Origin: Candidatus Cloacimonadota bacterium
GTDB lineage: Bacteria > Cloacimonadota > Cloacimonadia > Cloacimonadales > WRIO01
DNA: 13,718 nucleotides
Direction of reading: 5' to 3'
NCBI GenBank assembly: GCA_029564175.1
Contig: JAKQQL010000164.1
Location: 1 to 13,718 of the forward strand
A program made the position numbers and the translations under genes. A model generated the notes under the pieces. That model searched no databases. It saw only the letters and a program-made list of their open reading frames with translations, and had not been told where the DNA came from. Shown here in pieces: positions 1 to 7,505 of this stretch. Numbering within the stretch: the first letter of the stretch is position 1; each line of letters starts with the position of its first letter.

Positions 1-1
1 G

Positions 2-163
2 AAATGCATAGATTTTTTAAAGTATTCTTTAAAGAAAAATATTTTATCGGTTCATGAACTGATCTGTAATTATGATTCAACCATTGAAACATTTTTTAAC
101 AGCGAATGGTATGAAGATAAAATCGTTGAAGCAGAATTGTATCAAAATAAAGAAATTGCATAA
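2..163 (+). CDS. 3' end of a hypothetical protein (partial, runs off the left edge)
   Basis: Frame +2 is open from base 2 to TAA at 161-163 (KCIDFLKYSLKKNILSVHELICNYDSTIETFFNSEWYEDKIVEAELYQNKEIA*), while frames +1 and +3 hit stops early. No recognisable motif. Confidence 0.5.
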   Translation, partial: KCIDFLKYSLKKNILSVHELICNYDSTIETFFNSEWYEDKIVEAELYQNKEIA

Positions 164-281
164 CATACTTAAAATATGAAAGTTATCATGATAGTGTGTC
201 TGTTTTTAAATAAATTTATCAAGGACTTACATGTCGGAAAGATGAGTCATCAACATATTCAAAGGCAAAACTTCTTTTGGA

Positions 282-1601
282 TTGACTTTAAAAGAAAAGG
301 AAATTGTAAAATCTTATGCTCAACTGATTGAAAAAGAAGTTGATAAATGCTCTCCAAAAACAAAATGGATTGCTTATCATAATCTGGCAGTATGTTATGC
401 ATGGCTTGAAGACGCTGTTAAGGCAAAAGAATATCTTGAAAAAGAATATCAGGAAGTTAAACCTTCAATTGATAAAGTTATCAATTTTTCTATCAATCGT
501 AAAGGTGGATATACTGGCGGGGATGGAGATAAGTTTGAAGCATACAACAATATAGAAGAATTTGTTAACTATTATCCATCTGCAGCAGCAAAACACCGTC
601 AATTATTGGTTTCATTATCTCGTCCGGTAAAACAGTTAGTGGACTTTTATGCAAACAATGACTTACTTTGTTCAATCTATGGTATCGAATATATGGTTGA
701 TTTTTTCCCATTCCAGAAATTCTTTACAAATCCTAAAAAAGTAACAACTACCATTACCCCTTCACAAGGTAATCCAATCATTGCGAAGCAGGAATTTGAT
801 AAATCAGGAAAAATAAAAGAAGTAAGAATTGAAAGTAAAACAGATGAAGGTAAAACGCTTGAAACAAAAAAACTTGTCGTAGATTATAATCCTGACGGAT
901 CTTATAAATCAATTACAGCTAAGGCATTTCTCATTGATAAGAGTAATCTGAGAAATTGGGATAACCCACTGGACAGAATGACCAAGGGACGAGCTGATGG
1001 TATTATAGATGGTGGTTTCTGGGGTGAAATCTTTAATAATAACTATGAAGAGCTTCAATTAACATTTGATATGGAAGGCAGAATGTATATTGAAGGTAAC
1101 TCCTTCTTTTCAAGTGCAGATCCAATTATGAAACGTTTTGTTGGTGATAATGACATTAAACTGACTTCTGCAAATACAAAAAGTGAATTTTCAGCGCTTA
1201 CTAACCTCAATGAACAAGGCTTAATTGACTTGTCTGAATGGAAAGGAGAAGTGGTGATGACCTGGAGTATGACCGGAGCAGAAAGTGTTACTTCAAAAGT
1301 GAATAAAAACTATAAAATTACAAAGACTGATGAAAAAGGATTTCCATTAATGTTGAATTACAATTATGAAAATAAGGCGAAATTCAAATCATCTAAAACT
1401 AATTGGAAAGGTATTGCTGATCGCTTCAAATCTTACGACAACCTCTATAATGAAAAACTCTCAGCTCCAAAAGTAACAACTAATAGCTTTGAAGTGCAGA
1501 AAAGCCAAAATTGGCCATGTAAATACACATTTGATGCAAAAGGCAACTGGATTACTGCAGAAATTGGCAGTATAAAAATCACAAGAGAAATTAAGTATTA
1601 A
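282..1601 (+). CDS. Hypothetical protein with an N-terminal TPR-like helix pair and a beta-rich, YD-like C-terminus; start uncertain, possibly 5'-disrupted
   Basis: 439-aa ORF. AYHNLAVCYAWLEDAVKAKEYLEK fits a TPR-like pattern. The C-terminal YTFDAKGNWIT...ITREIKY resembles YD-repeat-like ends. The TTG start has no good SD, and the frame stays open upstream only to TGA at 243-245. Confidence 0.7.
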   Translation: MTLKEKEIVKSYAQLIEKEVDKCSPKTKWIAYHNLAVCYAWLEDAVKAKEYLEKEYQEVKPSIDKVINFSINRKGGYTGGDGDKFEAYNNIEEFVNYYPSAAAKHRQLLVSLSRPVKQLVDFYANNDLLCSIYGIEYMVDFFPFQKFFTNPKKVTTTITPSQGNPIIAKQEFDKSGKIKEVRIESKTDEGKTLETKKLVVDYNPDGSYKSITAKAFLIDKSNLRNWDNPLDRMTKGRADGIIDGGFWGEIFNNNYEELQLTFDMEGRMYIEGNSFFSSADPIMKRFVGDNDIKLTSANTKSEFSALTNLNEQGLIDLSEWKGEVVMTWSMTGAESVTSKVNKNYKITKTDEKGFPLMLNYNYENKAKFKSSKTNWKGIADRFKSYDNLYNEKLSAPKVTTNSFEVQKSQNWPCKYTFDAKGNWITAEIGSIKITREIKY

Positions 1602-1632
1602 TCATCCAATATACAGAAATACCTGTAAACAG

Positions 1633-1658
1633 AAAGCCGCAGATTTATCTGCGGCTTT
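1633..1658. terminator. Bidirectional intrinsic terminator between convergent genes
   Basis: AAAGCCGCAGA-TTTA-TCTGCGGCTTT: perfect GC-rich inverted repeat with an A tract on the left and a T tract on the right, lying between the stops at 1601 (+) and 1676 (-). Confidence 0.85.
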
Positions 1659-1675
1659 TAAAATTCTAAGGCTTT

Positions 1676-3391
1676 TTAATTTAACTGATCTAATTCTTTT
1701 TTTACAAAAGCCACTATTTCATTCAGGTAATCTGCATCAAATTTGAAGTTTACACCGGCAATTTCATACAGTTCATTAACTGGTTTGGAGTATCCTGCTT
1801 TCAAGAAATTCTTGTATTGTTCAATTGCTTGTTTTGGGTTTTCGCGATAATTCTTATATATTGCCAGTGCGCCTAGTTGAGACATTCCGTATTCAATATA
1901 ATAGAAAGGCACTTCAAAGATATGTAATTGAAGCATCCAGCGATTTTGTTTTTCAGCATCGAGTCCATTCCAGTCAATCCCTACATTGAACCGATCCATT
2001 AAGGATGCAAAATACTGATGTCTTTCATCAGCTGTGTGATTTGGATTGGTATAAATCCAGTGCTGGAAGGCATCAACAGTCATACACCATGGCAAAAACT
2101 CCAGAGTGCCTAGGATTTGCTCTTTTTTGGCTTTGATAAAATCCGCATTATCTGGATAAAATTCTTTCCAGTAATCCATTGTCATCAGTTCCATACTCAT
2201 AGAAGCCAGCTCTGCAATCTCACTTGGTGTTGATTTATAGAATTCATTTGTAATGGAAGACATTGCCATTGCGTGCATCGCATGACCACTTTCATGAAGT
2301 AGGGTTGTTACATCATCATGTAAGCCAACTGAATTCATAAATATAAATGAAGAGTTTACTGCATTGATTGGATAATTGTAACCACCCGGTGATTTGCCTT
2401 TTCTGTTTTCTAAATCAAGATACTGACTGTTTTTCATTTTATTCAGTGTTAACGCGAAATCATGGTCAATCTGATCCAGAATATGGATGGATTTATCAAT
2501 CAACTCTTCACTGTTTTCAAATGGTTTTAGTTTTTTACCATCGAGATCAACTGCAGTATCCCATGGTCTGACACTTTCTATATTCAATTTCTGGCGTCTT
2601 TCCTCTGTTTGTTCTTTTAAAAAGGGTAATACCGCTTTTTCTACACCTTCATGAAACATGAAGAGTGCCTGAGGTGTATAAGAAAAACGGCCTTTTTTCT
2701 GATGCATATAATCTCTGAAATTATCAAAACCAGCATTCTTTGCTTCTTCGATTCTTAATGCCTTCATCTCATCAAACAGCTGGTTAAATGTATCTCTGTC
2801 TTCAGCCAGTCTGTTCATTCTTAAATGCCATGCTTTTTCGCGAACAGCTCTGTCCTGCTCTTTCAGATAGACACTGAGTTGAGCCATGGTTTTTTCTTCT
2901 CCATCAAACATGACATTCATTTTACCATAAATAGTACCATATTTGGTTTCTAATTGAGTAATTTTCTCTTGTATTGCGATATTCTCTTCTCTAAACAATT
3001 CTATGTCATTGGCGATGATTTGATTGAGCAGTTTATACTGTTTTTCATTCAGTTCATTTCTGAAAGGGGAAGTGTAGAATTTCTTTTTTAACTCAAAATC
3101 GTATGTTTGCATGGGGGAGATGATTTTTTCCTGATATTCATTGAAAGCATTTAATAATGCTTCATTAGCAGAATCACAAGTCATTTTGATATATCGCCAC
3201 GCCATTTCATCAGCAATCAGTTCATCAAATTCAGATTTTTTTTCTAAAAAAGTTAATAAATCTGTAGCATTGTTGATCTCCATTATCTGAAGGTTTTCAA
3301 GTTCAGCTTTTAGAAAATCCCAGTCATCTGTTTTAAAGGATTCATTATAGAATCTTAAAGTACGGGTTTGTAGTTTTTCGTTTGTTATCAT
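1676..3391 (-). CDS. pepF: M3B family oligoendopeptidase F (zinc metallopeptidase)
   Basis: HEXXH motif (LLHESGHAMH), downstream ligand region EIAELASMSME, and family segments RPWD, GKSPGGY, VDAFQHWIY and HIFEVPFYYIEYG. I placed the start at ATG 3391 (MITNEK) because AAGGGG precedes it; the ORF track start at 3421 has no SD. Confidence 0.93.
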   Translation of the reverse strand: MITNEKLQTRTLRFYNESFKTDDWDFLKAELENLQIMEINNATDLLTFLEKKSEFDELIADEMAWRYIKMTCDSANEALLNAFNEYQEKIISPMQTYDFELKKKFYTSPFRNELNEKQYKLLNQIIANDIELFREENIAIQEKITQLETKYGTIYGKMNVMFDGEEKTMAQLSVYLKEQDRAVREKAWHLRMNRLAEDRDTFNQLFDEMKALRIEEAKNAGFDNFRDYMHQKKGRFSYTPQALFMFHEGVEKAVLPFLKEQTEERRQKLNIESVRPWDTAVDLDGKKLKPFENSEELIDKSIHILDQIDHDFALTLNKMKNSQYLDLENRKGKSPGGYNYPINAVNSSFIFMNSVGLHDDVTTLLHESGHAMHAMAMSSITNEFYKSTPSEIAELASMSMELMTMDYWKEFYPDNADFIKAKKEQILGTLEFLPWCMTVDAFQHWIYTNPNHTADERHQYFASLMDRFNVGIDWNGLDAEKQNRWMLQLHIFEVPFYYIEYGMSQLGALAIYKNYRENPKQAIEQYKNFLKAGYSKPVNELYEIAGVNFKFDADYLNEIVAFVKKELDQLN

Positions 3392-3468
3392 TTCTAACCC
3401 CTTAGATTTTTTTTGAATCATTTAATAAAAGTACTCTATTCGTCAACTTAATTTTTTTTAAAAAAAAC

Positions 3469-3497
3469 TTGCATAAAAACCGATATATATCCATATT
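3469..3497 (+). promoter_or_regulatory. Putative sigma70 promoter for the foldase gene
   Basis: TTGCAT (3469-3474), 17-bp spacer, CATATT (3492-3497), with an A/T-tract UP-like region upstream. Confidence 0.4.
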
Positions 3498-3508
3498 GTG
3501 TTTTATGC

Positions 3509-3534
3509 GTACTACAAACATCATGTTTGTAGCC
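3509..3534. repeat. 26-bp palindromic repeat, copy 1
   Basis: GTACTACAAACATCATGTTTGTAGCC contains the perfect inverted repeat CTACAAACA-TCA-TGTTTGTAG and is 23/26 identical to 5550-5575. Confidence 0.85.
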
Positions 3535-3603
3535 TTCTGTCAGTAGATTGTAAATATAACAGCTGATTTTCGCTGGAAACACATCATCATAAAAGGAAGA
3601 AAT

Positions 3604-5280
3604 ATGACTCAAAAAAAGAACTCAGTCATTATGATAGTAACGATTCTCCTCGTTGCCTTTTTTTATCATTTTTTTAATTATAAATATCCTAAAGAAAAAC
3701 AGATTGTGGGAATCGTAAATGATCAGCAATTATTTTATTCTGATTTTGAAACTTTTGCTGATAAAATGGACATTGAAATCAACGAGAATACGCGTAATTT
3801 TATACTTGATAATTTAATTGCTCAGAAAGTCATTCTTGAATTTGCCGAAATTTCAGGTATTCGTGAAAAAGAATTACAGCCAGTATTTGATAAACAAAAA
3901 GAAGTCATTACCCTTAATCTGATAGCTGAGCGTTTTTTTGATTATCAGACTTACCAGTATATCAAAGTGTCTAACAGAGAGTTAAAAGAGTACTACCGTA
4001 ATCATCTGTTTTACAAAATAAGAGCTATGAATTTTCCTAAAAATCAATCATCAGCATACGATAATGCTATGTCAGCTCTAAGACGCCTCAATGAAGGGGA
4101 ATATTTTGTTGATGTTTATTCTGATGTTTTTCCTGATGATACAGGTAAAAATCCAGGTCTTGTAGGTTTAACTGATCTTGAAGATGCCACAGATTCACTT
4201 AAATATCAAATTCAGAAACTTAAGAATGCTGGGGATTTCTCTGGTATAGCTGAAAGTAAAAACTACTATTCGATTTATTATAGAGATAAAACGCCATCTT
4301 TTTCTGAAAGCAAAGACTATATTTACAAAAAACTCTACTACTTGAAAAAAGAAAACGAAAGAGAATCATTATATAGGAAAATCAATGATAGTATTACCCT
4401 GAACTATTATGCGATTAATAAAATGCTGAGTGATAGTTTGTCTTCTTACAATGGGGTTTTTAAGGATTATCTGGCAGTAAGTACGTTTAATAATCAAAAG
4501 CTCGAAATACCTGTGTTTTTAGAGAAAATAAAGCAAGATTATGGGGTCTATAACATCTTTTCTTATAATGAAAAAGAAGTTCAGCAATTTGTTCACAGTA
4601 TTATTTTACAACAGGTTGTTTTGGATTATGCAGATAAAGTGAAATTTAAGGAAAATCCCTTTTTTAAGAAAGAACTAAGTCGAAAACTTAAACAAATGGA
4701 AGAGAAAATGGCTGAAGAAACGATCAGCTATATTATCAGCCAATACTTAAAAATTGAAGATCCTTCTATTAACGAAATACAAGATGAATACCGTAGAAAT
4801 AATGAATTATACAGGAAACCTTCTTTATTTAAGGTGCAGGAAATTTATCTCAAACGTAAATCTCAGGCTGATAAAGTCCTGGAGATGGCAAAAAAAGGCT
4901 ATGATTTTAACCAGTTAGTTCAGACTTACTCTGTAAATGAAGAAAAAGAATGGAATTTTGGCAAAACACCTTATCTTGATTCTAATGATCTGGGTCGTGA
5001 GTATCGTCTTTTTGAAAAATACAAAAAGGGCGATGTAATGGAATTAAGAGAAGATTTGGAAGGTCATTATATTGTTACAAAGATTTTGGATGTCCAGGCA
5101 GGGGCTCTTCCAGATATGAACAATGCCAGAAATGAAGTCATTAGTCGTATCAATTCTCGTAAAATCTCTGAAAAACTGGAAGATATCTGTAATGAGTATA
5201 GTATTCATACCCGTAAATACTATGAAAATCTTATTCCAAGAAAAAAAATGAAAACCAGAAAACTGCCTGGTTTTAAATAA
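3604..5280 (+). CDS. Membrane-anchored SurA/PrsA/PpiD-like foldase with two degenerate parvulin (PpiC-type) domains
   Basis: N-terminal hydrophobic anchor. SurA-N-like segment (VGIVNDQQL...ILDNLIAQKVILEFA). Parvulin-like segments YKIRAMNF...LNEGEYF...GDFSGIAES and FKVQEIYL...AKKGYDFNQLVQTYS...KKGDV...GHYIVTKILD. SD AAGGA upstream of ATG 3604. Confidence 0.8.
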   Translation: MTQKKNSVIMIVTILLVAFFYHFFNYKYPKEKQIVGIVNDQQLFYSDFETFADKMDIEINENTRNFILDNLIAQKVILEFAEISGIREKELQPVFDKQKEVITLNLIAERFFDYQTYQYIKVSNRELKEYYRNHLFYKIRAMNFPKNQSSAYDNAMSALRRLNEGEYFVDVYSDVFPDDTGKNPGLVGLTDLEDATDSLKYQIQKLKNAGDFSGIAESKNYYSIYYRDKTPSFSESKDYIYKKLYYLKKENERESLYRKINDSITLNYYAINKMLSDSLSSYNGVFKDYLAVSTFNNQKLEIPVFLEKIKQDYGVYNIFSYNEKEVQQFVHSIILQQVVLDYADKVKFKENPFFKKELSRKLKQMEEKMAEETISYIISQYLKIEDPSINEIQDEYRRNNELYRKPSLFKVQEIYLKRKSQADKVLEMAKKGYDFNQLVQTYSVNEEKEWNFGKTPYLDSNDLGREYRLFEKYKKGDVMELREDLEGHYIVTKILDVQAGALPDMNNARNEVISRINSRKISEKLEDICNEYSIHTRKYYENLIPRKKMKTRKLPGFK

Positions 5281-5491
5281 TACCGAGTTATGGAGATTAC
5301 TCAGATAAAATAAGCTCAGCATATAGAATTACGCCTATGCTACAATCTCCTTTTTCATTTTATGTGATTTAAGTTTGTCGTGAAACTGACCTCAACTCAT
5401 GATGTAAGATTTATAAAATAGGGGATTAAGTAGTAATAAAATGATGTTTGTCTGCTGATTTAAAGTTCTTTATAGTCCTATGTTGAAAGTA

Positions 5492-5519
5492 AAAAGGCAA
5501 CTGCAAGCAGTTGCCTTTT
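5492..5519. terminator. Bidirectional intrinsic terminator
   Basis: AAAAGGCAACTGC-AA-GCAGTTGCCTTTT perfect inverted repeat between the convergent foldase gene and the decarboxylase operon. Confidence 0.85.
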
Positions 5520-5549
5520 AAATTGTATATTAGCAAGCTGTTATATTTG

Positions 5550-5575
5550 GTACTACAAGTATCTTGTTTGTAGCC
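5550..5575. repeat. 26-bp palindromic repeat, copy 2
   Basis: GTACTACAAGTATCTTGTTTGTAGCC, direct repeat of 3509-3534 with three substitutions. Confidence 0.85.
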
Positions 5576-5611
5576 AGATTGTCCGTAAACAGAATGCTTG
5601 CATATGTTTTT

Positions 5612-6736
5612 TTATCCCAAAATACCCAGTAAAACACCGGCTGCCACAGCAGAACCGATCACTCCGGCTACGTTAGGAGCCATCGCGTGCATTAACAGAT
5701 AATTGGTTTTATCATACTGCTGACCTACAATCTGAGAAACACGGGCTGAGTCTGGAACGGCAGAAACACCGGCTGAACCGATAAGCGGGTTTATTTTTTC
5801 TTTTAAGAAGAGATTCATAAATTTTGCAAAAAGAACACCGGTAGCAGAAGCCATCATAAAGGAGAAACAACCAAGCGCAAATATCTTGATGGAGATTGGA
5901 TTTAAGAAGACATCGGCACTGGTACTTGCTCCAACCGTAACCCCGATCAGAATTGTACAGGTATCGATAATGGCGTTACGGGCAGTTACTGCAAGTCGTT
6001 CTGTAACACCACTTTCTTTCAAAAGGTTTCCCAGGAAGAGCATTCCAAGCAGTGCCACACCGCCAGGTGCGATCAGTCCGGTTACGACGAAAGCGATAAT
6101 CGGAAAGAGTATTTTTTCTCTTTGTGAAACGATTCGAGGTGTTTTCATTCTGATAACACGTTCTTTTGAATTTGTAAGCAGTTTCATAATTGGAGGCTGA
6201 ATCACAGGAACCAATGCCATATAAGAATAGGCTGCTACTGCAATAGGACCTACAAGATGAGGTGCTAATTTTGAAGAAAGGTAAATTGAGGTTGGACCGT
6301 CAGCACCACCAATAATACCAATGGAAGCTGCTTCAAGGACATTAAAACCTAACAACATAGCACCAGCAAAAGTAGCAAAAATACCGAATTGGGCTGCAGC
6401 ACCCAATAATATCAGTTTTGGATTGGCAATCAGGGTCGAAAAGTCTGTCATTGCGCCAATTCCAAGAAATATAAGCGGAGGATAAATACCCTTCAAGACA
6501 CCAAAATACAAATATTGCATCACAGAGCCTTGATTATAAACCCCCTGCATCATAGCAGAAACACCGGGAAGATTACCCAAAACGATACCAAATCCGATAG
6601 GAACCAGAAGAAGCGGTTCATAATCCTTGGCGATTCCGAGCCAAATAAATACAAAACCAATTAAAAGCATGGCTAAATAGCTTACATTCATCCAGGCAAA
6701 ACCGGTCGTGTAGAAGAAATTGATTAACTCTGCCAT
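5612..6736 (-). CDS. mmdB: Sodium ion-translocating decarboxylase beta subunit (OadB/MmdB/GcdB family)
   Basis: Very hydrophobic 374 aa with family motifs YEPLLLVPIGFG, IFLGIGAMTDF, SIGIIGGADGPT, AAYSYMALVP, NPLIGSAGVSAVP and HAMAPNVAGVIGSA. SD AGGAG lies in the end of the upstream gene. Confidence 0.96.
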   Translation of the reverse strand: MAELINFFYTTGFAWMNVSYLAMLLIGFVFIWLGIAKDYEPLLLVPIGFGIVLGNLPGVSAMMQGVYNQGSVMQYLYFGVLKGIYPPLIFLGIGAMTDFSTLIANPKLILLGAAAQFGIFATFAGAMLLGFNVLEAASIGIIGGADGPTSIYLSSKLAPHLVGPIAVAAYSYMALVPVIQPPIMKLLTNSKERVIRMKTPRIVSQREKILFPIIAFVVTGLIAPGGVALLGMLFLGNLLKESGVTERLAVTARNAIIDTCTILIGVTVGASTSADVFLNPISIKIFALGCFSFMMASATGVLFAKFMNLFLKEKINPLIGSAGVSAVPDSARVSQIVGQQYDKTNYLLMHAMAPNVAGVIGSAVAAGVLLGILG

Positions 6737-6738
6737 GC

Positions 6739-7491
6739 TTAATCTCCTAATTCAATCAAGACTTGTCCGTCATTAACGGTTTCGCCTTTATTTACCAGGA
6801 TTTTTTTTACTGTTCCGGCTGAATTGCTGTATATTTCAGATTCCATTTTCATTGCTTCAAGGATTACAACTGCCTGATTATTTTCAACTCTTTGACCCAC
6901 TTGCACCTTTATATCCAGTACGATTCCAGGAAGAGGTGCAACAATTGTTTTTGAGCCTGTGGAAGCAGATGTCTGAGTTGGTGATTTAACAGGAGCAGGT
7001 GCTGGTTTTTGAGCAACCGGTTGGGATTTTGACTGAACAGGTGCTTGAACAGGAGTAGCCGGTTTATCTGCAAAAGCCTGAATAGTAACAAGTACATCAC
7101 CTTCCTGAACAGGGCTTTTTTCTTTCACATTAATCTTTTGGATAATGCCATCACAATCAGCCATAATTTCAGTTTCCATCTTCATCGCTTCAAGGGTAAC
7201 CACTACATCACCAGCATGTACAGTATCCCCTTCTTTTTTAAGGATATTGACAATTACACCCGGGATTGGTGCTTTAATATCATTGGATAATTTACCGTCA
7301 GTTCTCATTTTTGGAACTGAAGGGACGGGCTTTTCCATTTGAACGATTTTTGGCTCTGTTGCAGCGTTATCAGTATTTAATTCAACAACGAATTCAACAC
7401 CGTTTACATCCACTTTAGCATGATTACCTGTGAACTCAATTATACGAGCCTGGTAATTTTCATTATTTATTTTCATTGAATACTTTTTCAT
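6739..7491 (-). CDS. mmdC: Biotin carboxyl carrier (gamma) subunit with two tandem biotinyl domains
   Basis: Two EAMKM biotinylation motifs (K104 and K215), each within a full biotinyl domain (IKAPIPG...GDVLVTI and IVAPLPG...GQVLIEL), joined by a Pro/Ala/Gln-rich linker. SD AAGGAG. Confidence 0.92.
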   Translation of the reverse strand: MKKYSMKINNENYQARIIEFTGNHAKVDVNGVEFVVELNTDNAATEPKIVQMEKPVPSVPKMRTDGKLSNDIKAPIPGVIVNILKKEGDTVHAGDVVVTLEAMKMETEIMADCDGIIQKINVKEKSPVQEGDVLVTIQAFADKPATPVQAPVQSKSQPVAQKPAPAPVKSPTQTSASTGSKTIVAPLPGIVLDIKVQVGQRVENNQAVVILEAMKMESEIYSNSAGTVKKILVNKGETVNDGQVLIELGD

Positions 7492-7505
7492 TTAGACTCC
7501 TTTAA

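Noticed and set aside
176..331. Short frame +2 ORF (MKVIMIVCLFLNKF...)
   Set aside because: No SD or motif and it overlaps the 439-aa ORF. At most it is part of the disrupted 5' region.
328..555. 75-aa alternative-frame ORF
   Set aside because: Nested in the 439-aa ORF on the same strand, with no motif.
2368..2571. 67-aa plus-strand ORF
   Set aside because: Antisense shadow of pepF.
5044..5322. 92-aa minus-strand ORF
   Set aside because: Mostly antisense to the foldase gene. The nearest SD-like AGGAG is about 25 nt from its ATG.
5372..5387. AGTTTGTCGTGAAACT resembling parS (TGTTTCACGTGAAACA)
   Set aside because: Only 12/16 match, a single copy, and no par or ori context.
3509..5575. The 26-bp palindrome as a CRISPR repeat
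   Set aside because: Only two copies, 2 kb apart, with no spacer-sized periodicity and no cas genes.
1625..5594. Shared 10-mer GTAAACAGAA at 1625-1634 and 5585-5594
   Set aside because: Short, AT-rich and non-extending, so compatible with chance.
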